The notes under the pieces are model-generated. The model ran no database searches and had not been told where the DNA came from. It worked only from the letters and a program-made list of their open reading frames with translations. Shown piece after piece: positions 1 through 13,790 of a stretch of 64,000 nt of DNA. The position numbers and the translations under genes were made by a program. This DNA is from Neocallimastix sp. 'constans' (lineage: Eukaryota): contig JBODTK010000014.1 of the NCBI GenBank assembly GCA_050613775.1, forward strand, positions 558,001-622,000, in the 5' to 3' direction. Each line of letters starts with the position of its first letter. Position 1 is the first letter of the stretch.

Positions 1-246
1 AAACAACAAAAATCTATGAATATTGTTTTTGAACCAGGGGACTTAGTTTTAGTTAGAAATTTCTCAAGAAGAAAGTTAGACCCCTTTTACACTGGTCCTT
101 TTAGAATTGTTCAAATGAATTATAATACCGCTTGTATTTGTGATATTTACACTGGTGAAATAGCTGACAGAAATGTACACCAGAAAAATCTTGTTCATTA
201 TTATACTTGGTATAATCAGACTTCAGTGGACGAAGTCTCATCTTAA
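1..246 (+). pseudogene. C-terminal end of a Ty3/Gypsy integrase (family A); element continues left of the window
   Basis: FEPGDLVLVRNFSRRKLDPFYTGPFRIV is the GPY/F region, homologous to the ORF at 40611-41456; followed by PPT AAGCGGGGAGA and an LTR. Confidence 0.85.
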
Positions 247-258
247 GCGGGGAGATTA

Positions 259-1589
259 TGATACTGGGTGTCACTAAATACCTTGTATTTCCTATTAAAT
301 ACTCTTAATAATAATAAAATAAAATTATTATTAAATATTCTTATTAAAATCTTTTATTAATATCAAATATAATAAAAATCATTATTAAATATTCTTATAA
401 ATTTCCTTTATTAATTTCAATATAATAAAAATTATTATTAAATATTCTTATAATTTCTTTTGTTAATATTAAATATAATAAAAATTATTATTAAATATTC
501 TTATAAATTTCTTTTATTAATATTAAATATAATAAAAATTATTATTAAATATTCTTATTAAAATCTTTTATTAATATTAAATATAATAAAAATTATTATT
601 AAATATTATAATAAAAATCTTTTATTAATATTAAATATAATAAAAATTATTATTAAATATCCTTATTAAATATTCTTTTATTAATATCAAATCTAATAAA
701 AATTATTATTAAATATTCTTATTAAAATCATTTATTAATATCAAATATAATAAAAATTATTATTAAATATTCTTATAAATTCTTTTATTAATATTAAATA
801 TAATAAAAATTATTATTAAATATTCTTATTAAAATCTTTTATTAATATCAAATCTAATAAAAATAATTATTAAATATTTTATTAATATTAAATATAATAA
901 AAATTATTACTAAATATTCTTATTAAAAATTATATAATATTTAAATCATTACTAATTCTTGTTTTTATATTAAGAATAATAAAAACCTATTTCAATAAAT
1001 ATTTGATATAAAATACAGAATTATAAGTTTCTGTATAATATTTTCTAAACCTTTGAAATAAACTAAAAATAAAACAAAAATCAAAAATAAATTAAATCTT
1101 TATTAAAATAAAAATGAACTAAAATACAGAAGAATTCCAATAATAAAAATGAACTAAAATACAGAAAATATCAATTCTGTATAATTCTCTCTCTGAAAAA
1201 CAATATCAAGAAGAAGCTACCGCCCGGAATGCCCTTCGTGATACAATCTCTAAATTAATTTTTTATATTTTAATTTAATAAATGTTATTTTTTTTTTTAA
1301 AAAAATAATTTAAAATAATAGTTAAAAATTAAAATAAAATAGTTATAATAGTTTTTTTATAAAGAATATATTAATAATAAATAAAATGTATTGAAATAAA
1401 AGTATAAAAAGAAGAATAAATTTCTTTCTTTTTAATACATGGAACAAATAATTTTAATTTTAAATTTAAATAAAGAATATTTTAAAATTTAATTTTTTTT
1501 CTTGTTTCCAAATTTATTTTTATAGTTATGTGTTAATATTTATTTTTTTTGTTTTGAATATCTTAGTGTTTCAACCCCAGCCCGTATCA
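259..1589 (+). mobile_element. 3' LTR, family A
   Basis: TGATACTGGG...CCCGTATCA termini, directly after the PPT; near-identical copy at 20483-21710. Confidence 0.92.
310..930 (+). repeat. ~58-bp AT-only tandem repeat (about 10 units) in LTR A U3
   Basis: Unit ~AAATATAATAAAAATTATTATTAAATATTCTTATTAAAATCTTTTATTAATATT; shorter array in the copy at ~20540-21060. Confidence 0.85.
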
Positions 1590-2026
1590 TTATTGATACG
1601 AGACCAAGTGAAAAATTAAAATTAAATAAAATTAAATTTACAATAAAAAATAGGAAATCGAATTAATCCATAAAAGGATAGATTAAATTGTAATTTATAT
1701 ATAAAATACAAAAATTAAAAATTATTAAGACTCTCTCTTTACTAAATAACTATTTTATTAAATGTAAAAATAAATTGAATTGCAATTGATCTAAATTGTG
1801 ATCTCAATTGTTTAAAAATAAAAATTTAAAAATAAATAAATAAATAAATAAATAATAAAATAAAATTTACATATTTAGTTCTAATTTACGACTTTAGTGT
1901 TAATTACTTAGTATTGTGAATATTAATATAATTAGATATAAATTTTTAAAATTCATTTACATCGTACCAGTTATTGATAAATAACAAAATTATTAAATTA
2001 AAATAAAATAATAAAGAACAAATTCT

Positions 2027-3566
2027 TGTCACGAATACTAGTGGATTTGAAGTTAAAATTCACTATTAGATCAATTGAAATTTAATTTAGTTATTGACAA
2101 AAATTATTTTAATTCGATTTTAATTATAAAAATAAATATTAGAAACATTAAAGAATTAGAAACCAAAGGGTTTGGACTTATTTATTAAAGATAATTTAAT
2201 TTAATTTAACCCTTAAGAATTTGATAAAAATAACATGAAGAAAAACAATGATAACTCAACAAATAATGGAAATAATGTATTGATATTCACGCTAATATTA
2301 TATTCATTAGAAAGCTACGGTCGAGAACTACAACATATGTTAAAATCAACCTTATTAGACTACTAGATAACGAGATATTGGACTTTAAAGATATTTAAAT
2401 ATAAAAATATAAATTAATTATTTAATTAAGACCCTAAATTATTAATTAAGAAATTTATATTAGATAAATCTCTTAACTTGGAAATTATATTATTAATTTT
2501 TATTATTAATTAAAAATACAGAATTAGTTATTAGTAATAGTTGTATATTATTTTAAATAAGTTTATAAGTTTTATATATTTTATTATTATATATTTTTAT
2601 TCAATTATTTTCTAAAAGATTCTAAGGAATTCTTTATTATTCTAAAGATTTCCGAAAGAGAATTTTTAATTAGTTTTAATATTTTATTTTATTTTATTTT
2701 ATATTTTATTATTAAATTAGTTTTATTATTAAATTGTTTTATGAATAAGTTATATAGTTATTTTATTAAAAGATTCTTATTAATATTATTTTATTATTAT
2801 ATTTTATATAGTTTATATACATGTATGAATATATTAAGATTAAAATGTATTAATTAATTATATTGTTAATTATTATTTTAGTTTGGTATAAAAAGGATTT
2901 GAAAATTCTATATTTTGAATTCTTTGTAAGAATAACTTAATAACTTTTAACCTATTAACTTAAAGTTAATGAATTAATTATAACAATAAATAATTTTTTA
3001 TATTAATCTTAGTTAAAATTTATTATTAAAATATATATTAAATAAAGTTCTAATAAAACATAAATATTAAATATTGAAATCTTAATTATAAAACTCTGTG
3101 TGTGTTATTTATTATTTAAATATAATTGATTGTTATAATTAATAAAAACATCTTGACCTGACCAATTTAACCCAAACTAGGAAAGATATAGCAAGAATCT
3201 TACCTAAACACTCAATTTTAATTTATCAATTCTTTGTTAAGATTTTGATATAATTTATAGTTTAAATTTAAATAAAATAATATGTTTTATTAAAAAATAT
3301 TCACTAAGTCGATATGTCTATATAGTAATATACTATATAGATATATAGTAATAATTATAAATATTTAAATGTTTAGTTTAATAAAAATTTATTTATAATA
3401 AATTTTGATAATTAGAATTATCAAATTAATTTAATTTTAAATTTGTTTATTTTATTTAATAATAAAATATCTATAATATATTACTATTAAGGTAATTTTA
3501 CAATAACCTTACAAAGAACATAAAAGAGAGATTTTTACATCTTTCTTTTATACTTTGTAAGTTACA
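2027..3566 (+). mobile_element. Solo LTR family C with an internal ~280-bp insertion; right end approximate
   Basis: Starts TGTCACGAATACTAGTGG and matches 32071-33262 and 47478-48726 (rc); nested in an LTR starting TGATACGAG at 1594. Confidence 0.75.
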
Positions 3567-4874
3567 TAATAATAATATTTAATTATAAGATATTAATAAT
3601 ATACTAATATAAATAATAATAAAATATAAGGATAAATTTAATTATATAATTAATTTGAATAATTGAATTTAATATAGATATGTTGTAAACATATATAAAA
3701 ACATAATATAAATAAAATACACGTGACGTCAAATGTATCATTGAAATTAATTATTAATATAAACCTTATTTATTAATATTCTCAGAATTATTAGGCCTAA
3801 GATATCCCTTTAAATATTAAACAAGAATTTATATTAATTATTAATTATTTAAATATATATATTATTTATAATTAAATAAATAATATTTTTAATTATTGAA
3901 ATGTAAATAACTGAAATTGAGATTTCAATTCAGTTATAATTTCAACATTCTTGTCTAACTTAACCCAAAAAATAATCTATTCTAAAAAAAAAATTAAATC
4001 CATATTAAAGAAATTTAATTAAATAAAAATAATTAAAATAAAATAATAATAAATTAATTAATCATTAATAATTTTAATTAAAAACTAAAATAAATTAATA
4101 AATAATATTTTTCTAAAACTACAAATAAACAAAATAATAAACAAATTTAATAAATTATAAATAACAAATAAACAAACTTATAAACATCTCAAAATTAAAA
4201 TTAAATAGTTAAATAATTTTTAAGTTACTTTTATTTAAAATAATGATTATTTTATTTATTTTATAACTCAACTTTTATAAACAAATTGTAATTAAAATAA
4301 CATTTTAAAACTCATCTTTATTAATATTTTAATTGTAAATATTGTTTAAATTAATAATAAATTATTCTTTATTTCTCTTTTATTAATTTTATTATTTTTA
4401 ATGTAAATAGTTTAAAATCAAAGAAAAATATAAAAACATGTAAATATTTCTTATAAATTATTCATTATTATTAATTATTTAATAAATTATTATAAATATT
4501 TTATTAGTTTTAATAATCAAAAAGTATGATTATTAATTATTTTATAAATTATTATATATATTTTATTAGTTATTAATAATCAATTTTATTATTAAAATTT
4601 AAAATTAGTATAAATAATAAATATTTCATTTTATTATTTTATTAGTTTTAATAATTATTTTATTAATTTAAACAAAATTAATTATTAAATAAATAAAGAT
4701 TAATATTAAAATAAAAATAATTTTTTTTAATAAAACATTTTTGTGTTTAATAATAAAACATATTTATTTTTTTTAAATTTCTTAAATCTATTTTATTCAG
4801 TATTTATCCTCTTATTCACTTATACGAAATTTAATTTTTGTAGATTAAGAATATCGGGTATAAATCATTATGAG

Positions 4875-5598
4875 TGTAATAACACAAAATTAATACTTTT
4901 ATAAAAATAACAGTAATTGTTAAAAAATATTTCGAGTTTATTAAGAAATTTTATTATATATTATTTTCTAAATAATAACTCTTGATTTTTATTTTATAGA
5001 AAAAATTAAGGTTATTTATAATTTTTTTGTTCATAATCTTAAAAGTTATTCTTTCAGGAAAAAGATTATGAGAAAAAACCTGAAAAATAAAATAAATTAA
5101 TTATTTATTATTTAATATAATTTAATATTATTTAATATTATTTAATATTATTTAATATTATTTAATATTGGCAATTAACCAATATTTTATGAAATTATTT
5201 ATTATGATGTTTTAAGTTTATAATTATTAATTAATTTTATATTAATTTAATATTAATTATATTAATATTAAATGTTTTAATATAATTAATCACGTATTAT
5301 TGTTAATGATAAATCAAATGATTAATTATTTATATTAAATAGAAATTGGTTATTAATTAAAGATATTGTTTATATTTCATAATAATTAATTATTAATTAG
5401 TTAAAAAATTAATTTTATCAATTAATAATTATTTTTATTTTATTATTTAATAACAATTATTAAAATTATAGTATATTAAATAATATTAAGTGTTAATTTT
5501 ATTGTAAAATTATTTAAATTTTAATTAATAATAAAAATAAATATAATATTTATATTATATTTGGTTAAGTGTGACTAATTAATAAGTCAACACTTACA
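4875..5598 (-). mobile_element. 3' LTR of Tf1-like Gypsy Y; left end approximate
   Basis: On the minus strand PPT TAGGAGAGACAA is followed by TGTAAGTGTTGAC; carries the conserved pseudoknot and the TCAAGAGTTATTA motif. Confidence 0.7.
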
Positions 5599-5639
5599 TT
5601 GTCTCTCCTACGTTTGATTCACTATTGTTTAGGTTTTTA

Positions 5640-8600
5640 TTCCTTTCCGTATATGGTTCCAACTGAAAAATGTGGAATATTGGATGTAATTGTGAATTCT
5701 CCTGAAGCTTTAGCTTAAAATTATTTCTACCTTTATCTTCAATTATTTCAAAAGTCCTAAGTATTGGACATATAACTTCCTGGAAGGTTCGTTAGTGAAA
5801 TAATATCTTCTTAGCCAGACTTTATCATTGATTGTTAATTTTGGACCTTGTTGTTTTTTGTTGTCTCCATATTTCTTGAAATCCTGTTTTGCTTTTATCA
5901 ATTGTTTCTTTAAAGCATTGAAACGTTCGGTCCAATTTCTAACGAGCTCTGATGCATTATCTTTAAGAAGACTCGGAGGTGTATCAATTTGGAATGAGGG
6001 GTTGAAACCGTAATTTGCAACAAAGGGTGTTTTACCTATTGATTTATGAATTGAATCGTTGTAAGTGATTTCACAAAAAGGAAGATAGAAAAACCAGTCA
6101 TGCTGAGTTAAAGAACAATAGCAACGTAAATATTGCTCTATTACTGCGTTTGCTCTTTCCACCTGTCCGTTTGATTGTTGGTGATGTGCCGTTGCTAAAT
6201 TTGGTTTTGCATTTATATAAGAACATAAGGCAGTCCAAAATTCAGCTGAAAATTGTGATCCGTGATCCGATACTATAACTATTTGAATACGTTAAATAGT
6301 AGAAGTTTTGCCGTAAGTTCCGAAGAAGGTACATCAGAGGTAGCAACCAAATGAATCATTTTTGTGAGATGGTCTGAAACAACCATTATACAGGTACAAT
6401 CTTGGGATCGTGGAAGTTGAACGATGAAATCTACACCTATTATTTCCCATGGTTTAGTTGGTACTGGAAGCGGAATAATTAAGCCATATGGTTTATGACG
6501 GCGTACTTTGCAAGATCCACAAATTTTACATGAAAGAACGTAATTGGAGATATCGTTCTTAATCAGCGGCCACCAATAATTCCTGCTAATTCTTTCAAGA
6601 GTTTTTTCAATTCCAAGGTGTCCTCCAAGTGGATCATCATGCATTTTTCGAAGTAAAGTAATTCTAAGATTAGAGGGAACAATAATTTTGTTATTAAAGT
6701 GGAGAATGTTATTTTTTAATTGAAATAGTGAACTTTTAAAATTTTTTGTTTTATCTTTGAATTTGTTAAGTATATTGGAACAATAAGGATCTTGGGATTG
6801 CGTTTCTTGAAGTTTGACTAAGTTATCTTCCATAGAGAGGCAAAAATTATTTTCTTTTAATAAAATTTGAGATTCATTAATGTTTTTGGTGAGGTAATCT
6901 GGTCTTCGGGATAACGCATCTGGTTTCCCACCTTGAACCCCAGGCCTATAAGAAAGAACAAAATCAAATTTGGATAAGAAGAGACTCCATCGAATTTGTC
7001 GGGGGCTCAATTTTTGAGGTTTTTTGAAAAACAGAAGATCCCTATGGTCCGTAAAAACTTTAATAGGAAATTTTGCTCCTTCAGGGTGATGTCTCCATAC
7101 ATTAAAGGCAGTAATTATCGCCAATAATTCCTTGTCATAGATAGCGTAATTCGTTTCAGGACTTGTCAGTGAACGGGAATAAAAGGCAATAGGATGGATT
7201 AAGTTGTCGATCGATGAGTTTTGAGATAATACACATCCGAGGGCAAATTCGCTTGCGTCAGTTTCCAAAAAAAATTCTTTATCTTGGTCTGGAAAAATAA
7301 GGATATCAGTTGAATTAAATGATTTCTTTAAACTATCAAAAGTATTCTGAGTATCCTTATCCCATAGAAAAGTATTATTCTTAGATAAAAGTTTTCTTAA
7401 TGGATCCATAATTTTTGCGTAATCTTTGATAAAACGTCTATAAAAATTTGTAAACCCAAGGAAACTTTGCAGTTCAGTAAGGTTTTTTGGAACTGGCCAT
7501 TCCATAATGCATTTTATCTTATCTTTGTCCATTGGTAACCCATTAGCGGACACAACAAAGCCGAGAAAGGTGGTTTGTTTAACATGGAACTCACATTTCT
7601 CAATCTTGCAGTATAATCCATTATTTAATAACTTACTCAATACTACTTTAACATGATTAATATGTTGATTTTCATCTGAAGAATAAATGATAATGTCATC
7701 TAAATATATTTGAACGAATTTATTCAATTCTTCTGATAACGTGTCTTGAATGAACCTTTGGAAAACTGAAGGGGCGTTTCTTAATCCAAATGGCATTACT
7801 CTATATTGAAAATGTCCTAGTGGTGTCCTAAAAGCTGTTAAGTATTCACTTTCTTTACTGACTCGCACGAGATTGTAAGCAGATTTGAGGTCTAATCTAG
7901 AAAATATTTGTGCCCCTTTAAAAACTTCGATAAGGTCATTAATTCTTGGAATTGGGAAACTGTTTTTTATTGTAATCGAATTGAGTCTATGGTAGTCAAC
8001 ACATAGACGCAACGATCCATCCTTTTTTTTCACAAACATTACCGGAGTACCTGCAGGAGAATTTGATTTAACAATGAACCCTTTGGTCAGATTTTCATGG
8101 ATATATTTTTCTAATTCTTCCTTTTCCTTTCTAGTAAGTGAATAGATAGGTCCGAAATACAATTGTCCCCCAGGGATGATATTGATTGTGATATCGTAGG
8201 GTCTATGTGGCGGAAGGGTATCCGCATTTTTAGTTTCAAATACGTCCAGTAAGTCGCTATAATATCTTAAGATAATCTCTTTGCTTTTACTGTTATTTAG
8301 TTTTGACTTCAACTCCTTAGACATCATAATATAACATATTTCATCTTCAAAAAGGTCTTTCAGATCAGGTTTGGCAGTATCTTCTGACATTGGGTCTTCA
8401 GTTACAATTGCGGCTGTGACGTTCTTTGTGGATTGGATCTTGGTGCCTTTACAAGATGGGCAATGATCCAAACAATTTCCTTCTAAAAAGAAAATGTGGT
8501 TATTCGAAAAGTTAATATATGGCTTATGGATGGAAAGCCAATCACGTCCCAAAATAGCGGATATTCCAGTAAGTTGAAGGTTGGCAACACTAAATTGGAA

Positions 8601-8969
8601 TCTTTCTTTGTGATCAAATATGGAGAGATCTAATTGGCCAGTTTTATGAGTTATTTTCATAGTTTTGTTGTTTGGCAATCTAATTTCAATAGGGGAAGGT
8701 AGTTCAAAAGTTCTCAACTTCTGGGAGGAAACAAATTGCTTGCACATTAAACCTCTACTTGAACCTGAGTCGATTAATAGCCTAAGAGGAATTTTTTTAT
8801 TTTTTCCTTGAATGTAAAAGGTAGAAACCATTTTTTGATCCGATTTACTGTTGGTGTAGCTAGTGGAAAGCGTAACTTCTTCTTTTCTTTTATAGTTATT
8901 ATTTCTATTTCTTTTAATATCTTGATGTTTTCCGACAATATTAATTCTTCTTTTATTAGTTTTTTTCAT
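5640..8969 (-). pseudogene. pol: Gypsy Y pol (protease-RT-RNase H-integrase), frameshifted in the integrase
   Basis: LLIDSGS protease, YLDD RT, ETDAS RNase H, HHCC zinc finger, GVDF integrase; ORFs 6279-8969 and 5743-6162; ends HPIFHIFQLEPY with no chromodomain. Confidence 0.95.
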
Positions 8970-9492
8970 TTATTCCGTTATTTAAAATATTATTTCTGAA
9001 GTAGCAATATTTATCAATCTTTATAATAAGGTTTGTTGCCTCGAATAGCTTTGTAGGTAAATCCTTTTTGTCATATTCTTCCCTGACTTTCTCAATTAGT
9101 CCCCTTCTCAATAAGTCTATCAAGACAGAATCTGACCATTTGATACTAGTTGCCAAATGTCGGAATTGTATTGTATATTCAGCTGTATTGCCTAATTTTC
9201 TTTGTTTTAAATTTAGCAGCCTTTCAATTAAATAGTTTCTTTGTTCTTTGGAATCTCCATAATTTTCAATAAGAAGTCTCTTGAATTCTTCATAAGACAA
9301 ATCATCCAAAATATCATCAGATTTAAGGGATAGTCCCCATTTCTTGGCAAGCCCTTTAAGGTTAATTGTGACATATGATATCTTTGAAATATCATTGGTA
9401 AAGGAATTAGGATGATCTATTATAAATTTGTCACATTGACAGAGTAGTTCGTTAAGATTTAAAGATTCATTTCCCTTTGCATGGAGGTTCTC
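8956..9492 (-). pseudogene. gag: Gypsy Y gag (capsid), N-terminus lost
   Basis: LKGLAKKW...LKQ...AEYTIQFRHLA...LLRRGL retrotransposon gag motifs. Confidence 0.8.
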
Positions 9493-12200
9493 AGCAAATA
9501 TCGCAAGACTTAATAAAAAACTTCTTACATCATTTCGTAACTTAGGCCACCAGAAGTTGCAACTAATTAAATCAAAAGTTTTAGAAACACCAAAATGACC
9601 GGCCGTGACTGAATCATGATGTAATTCTAATACTCTGGTGCGAAGATTCTTCTGGACATAAATTAGATTATCGAAAAGTAAAAAACCTTCCTTATCAATT
9701 TTAATTTTGTCGATATGTTTAATAGAAGGATTTTTCATTATTTTTATTAGAGATATAAGATTCAATTTTAATAAATAAATCATCACTTTTTAAAGATTTC
9801 AAAATAGAGTTAATCAAGGATTCATCAAAAGATTTATAGTTCATAACACAGCAAGAAACATTACGAGAGTACTCAACCAAATGATCACGTCTTCTAGACA
9901 GAATATCTGGTTTACCAGATTTCTTACCAGAACGATACACAAGATTAAAATCGAAACGAGAACGAAATTCATACCAATGAATTTGTCATTGAGAAAGAAG
10001 TTCAGGTTTCCTAGGAAAGGTAAGATTTTTTGTAATCAGTATAAATAGTGAATGGATGGCGAGCACCTTCAAGGTAGTGACGCCATTCTTCCAAAGCAAC
10101 TTTAATTACAAGAAGCTAGCTCTTTATCATAAATGGGGTAATTCAATTGAGATTTGGTTAGATTGGTAGAAATAAAAAGCTATTAGGTGTAACTGACCAT
10201 CAAATACTTGGGAAAGTATAGCTCCAACAGCGAAATTGGAAGTATCAATTTCCACAATGAAAGGTTTGTTACTATCAGGATTTCTTAAAATTGGAGCAGA
10301 AGTAAAAAAGTTCTTTTAAAATTTATAAAAGGAATTTTGTTGATCAGAACCCCCAGATAAATGGAACATTTTTCCTAGTAAGTTTATGTAAGAGCCGGGC
10401 AATCTTAGCAAAATCCTTGATAAAAATTCTATAGTAATTACATAATCCAATAAATGATTGTATTTCCTTTACAGTACAAGAAACAGGCCAATCTAGGATA
10501 GCTTTAACCTTTTCAGGATTAACTTTCAAACCATCTTTTGATAAAATGTAACCAAGGAAAGTGGATTCAAGTAACATCGAATTCGCATTTCTCTAATTTA
10601 ATGTACAAGTTATTTTCTAATAATTTTTTAAGCACCTTTTTTAACGTGTTTATGATGTTCCTCTAAACTATTCGAATAAATTAGTATTTCATCAATGTAA
10701 TAAATAACAAAATCATCTAAGTAATCGCTAAGAACATCATTTATAAAATGCTGGAAGGTGGCTGGAGCATTTTTTAAGCCAAAAGGCTTAACTAAATTTT
10801 TAAAATGTCCATATCGAGTACGAAATGCAGTTTTGTACTCATCACCTTCTTTAATCCTTACTAAATTGTAAGCAGATTTTTTAAGTCCAACTTGGTAAAA
10901 TATTTTGCACCTTTAACTCTATCTAATAATACACTTATTAAAGGAAGAGGATAAGAATTACGGATGGTCATTTCATTCAACTTTCTATAATCAACACATA
11001 ATCTCAATGAACCATCTTTCTTTTTAACAAATAATACAGGTGCACCAGCAGGTGACTTAGATTTTCTAATGAATCCTTTTTCTAAATTTTCTTTTATATA
11101 CTTTTTTTAGTTCATCTCGTTCAGCTTCAGTTAGAGGATATATAGGACCATAAAATAAATTTGAATTATCCTTTAATTTGATTTCACAATCATATTCACG
11201 ATGAGGTGGTAATATATTACAATTTCTTTCATTAAACACTTTGATGAAGTCTTTATAAATAGGAGGCACTCCAATTATTCTTTGATTTAAGTCCTATTCA
11301 ATATTACTAATATATAGACACTTACAAATATTACATAAATTTTTTAAAACACTTTTTGTCTTAATATAGTTTGTTACATCATCATCTTTATTTAATTTAA
11401 TATTACATTTATTATCTACATTATTACATGAATTAATTAAATTGCAAATAGTATATAATTTATCTAAATTAATATTTTTCCTATCACTAAACTCATAAAT
11501 TTCGTCATCTTTATCAAACATAGAAGAGTTATTACTATTACTATTATAATTAATAATAAAATTGTTATTTTCACCTTTGTTTTCGGATGATTCACAAGTT
11601 TTTACACGAGTACGGCGACCTCCAATTGTAATTTCTTCAGTACAATTGGAGTCAGATTCATCATCAAAGGAATACTTATATTTGTTGTTATAATTTTCAT
11701 TCATATCGTTTTTGGGTTCATTAATTGGTTCTTTGGATTTAATAGAAACTTTGCTTAGTTTTTTCTTATTATTCTTTCTATTCCTTTTTCCAACGTTACA
11801 GTGTCTAGCGCAGAATCCAGAGCTGAAAGCAATTTTTCTTGAATCATGGTAGTTTATTGGACAATGCTTTTCGATCCAAGGGAATCCTAAAATAATATCA
11901 ACATCAGAAATACGGAAGGAATACAATTTTATTACTTCAAAATGATTCCTAAGGCGTAAGATGCATTTTTCAGTTTCCTTGCTGACGTTAGAGGTTCCGT
12001 AGCCAAGACCAGCGACTTTAAAGGGCTTCTCAATGAGATTAAGTTTGAATTTGTTAATTCTAGCAAATTCAGGATGAATAAAATTAAGATCCGACCCATA
12101 ATCAATAAGAACTTTTGCCTTGACTTCTTCTGTATCATTAGTCTTAATATAAAAATCAATAATATTGGATTTTCCTTTTATATTCAGGTTTTCGTTATTT
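9492..12200 (-). pseudogene. pol: Gypsy X pol, multiply frameshifted, truncated in the integrase zinc finger
   Basis: ORF fragments with ILGFPW, LPPHREYDCEI, FIGLCNYYR and HDSVTAGHFG; stops after the SCDIC motif. Confidence 0.9.
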
Positions 12201-12299
12201 ATTATATTTAAAACATTTAAAAATATTTTCAGAATCTTCTATCTTTTTAATTCTTTTGAGGGAGGTAGAAGGGGACTTGCTTTCGTTGTCGAATTTGTT

Positions 12300-13156
12300 A
12301 ATAAGCTTAACACCTTTTGGTCTTTTCTTATTTGGACAATTAAATTTTAGATGTCCAGGTTTTCCACAAATGAAGCACAGGCCTTTTCTTCTTTTAACGG
12401 AATTATTCTCTTTATGTTCCTTGTAGTTCTTTTCGTGTGTTGGAAAGTATTTTAATATTTCTCTGTCCTTTACTAATTCTGAAAAGGTCTACATCCATAG
12501 GATCATCATTATTATAATTTCTCCTATCTTGGTGCGTCAAGTAATATTCCTTGATATCGTTTCTTTTTGTTAAACTTTCTATATTAACGATATCTCTGAA
12601 CAAAGCATTTAAATCATTGGGGTTTGGATTAACTAAGGCTAAACGTTCACGCATTTTTTGGATCTAAGCCTCTAATGAACATATAGATTTTTGCGTCATC
12701 ATTGAAGTTTGAGTATTGACTAACTTTTTGGAAGGCAGTAATATAATTAACAACTTGACCATATTTAAATTGATGAATACTGCAGAGTTTAGCATTCGCG
12801 ACAACAGCTTCAACATCTGAATCACCAAAATTTCTTCTTAATTCGGCTACAAATTGTTCTAAATTTTGTAAAATGGGATTATTATTTCTTCTTAAACAAG
12901 ATGCCCAGTTTAAAGCCTTTCCAGTTAAATAAGACATCATAAAGTTTACCCTAGTTGCTTCATTAGTAAATTGCTGAGGATTGGCATCAATTGCCAATTC
13001 GATTCTCGTAAGAAAGCCATCTAATTCTCTCATATTTCCAGAGAATGTAGGAGGGTCATTGATTATTTTAAGCTGAGGTCCTTGATTTACCTGCTGTTGC
13101 TGGTTCATGTTGTCTTCCAAATTTAGATTTTGAAAAATAGTGTTTAGTTCTTCCAA
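12300..13156 (-). pseudogene. gag: Gypsy X gag with CCHC knuckle, frameshifted
   Basis: PPTFSG...FLTRIEL...SYLTGKALNW...FIRGL; DPMDVD; CFICGKPGHLKFNC at ~12340-12380. Confidence 0.9.
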
Positions 13157-13579
13157 TTTGAATTACCAAAAATAAAAAAATTTTTTTTTTTTATTTTTTT
13201 GAATTATCACTTAAATGTATATTATTCCTATATTTCCTTAAAAGCTATCGGTTTAATAATTCTTTCGTTTATTCTTTAAACCGATCTATATAGACTTATA
13301 TATAAATATATATATAATTTTTTTTTTAAATTAATTATTTTAATTATTATAATTTATAGTTGTTGCTGTGAAGTCGTCAGCACTCTATTCAATTGAAAAG
13401 GTGTGCGACGAGTAAACAGCACAAATATAAAATAACAATCAATATAATCAATTATTTTGTATAAATATCTATCCAAAATGATTTATTTGGTTGAAAGTAT
13501 ACAAGAAACAAGCTACTACTTTATAATGGTACAACAAATCAAATTATGGTCACAAAATATTAGCAAAATGCTGTAGTTA

Positions 13580-13735
13580 AAAAATCACTGTAATCCACAA
13601 TAAAAATTCAAGAATCACGGTAATAAGAATCCAAAAAACACAGTAGTGAAATCAAAAAAAAAAAAACATGGTAGTAAATTCCAAAAAAATCACGGTAGTA
13701 AATTTCAAAAATCACGATAGTAGATTCCAAAAACA
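13580..13735. repeat. ~22-bp degenerate tandem repeat in the element X leader
   Basis: About 7 units of AAAAATCACGGTAGTAAATTCC. Confidence 0.75.
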
Positions 13736-13790
13736 GTAAAAAGTTTTATTATTTGTAACGTGTTTCTTTTGTTTAAAAGGTATTAGTTAT

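Noticed and set aside
3720..3731. CACGTGACGTCA (E-box/CRE) as a centromere CDEI-like site
   Set aside because: Isolated motif with no supporting architecture.
8950..8975. Programmed -1 frameshift at A_AAA_AAC between Y gag and pol
   Set aside because: Pol lies in the +1 frame; an indel in the A run of a single-ORF element is more likely.
13580..13735. CRISPR-like array
   Set aside because: Degenerate head-to-tail repeats with no unique spacers, no cas genes, eukaryotic retroelement context.
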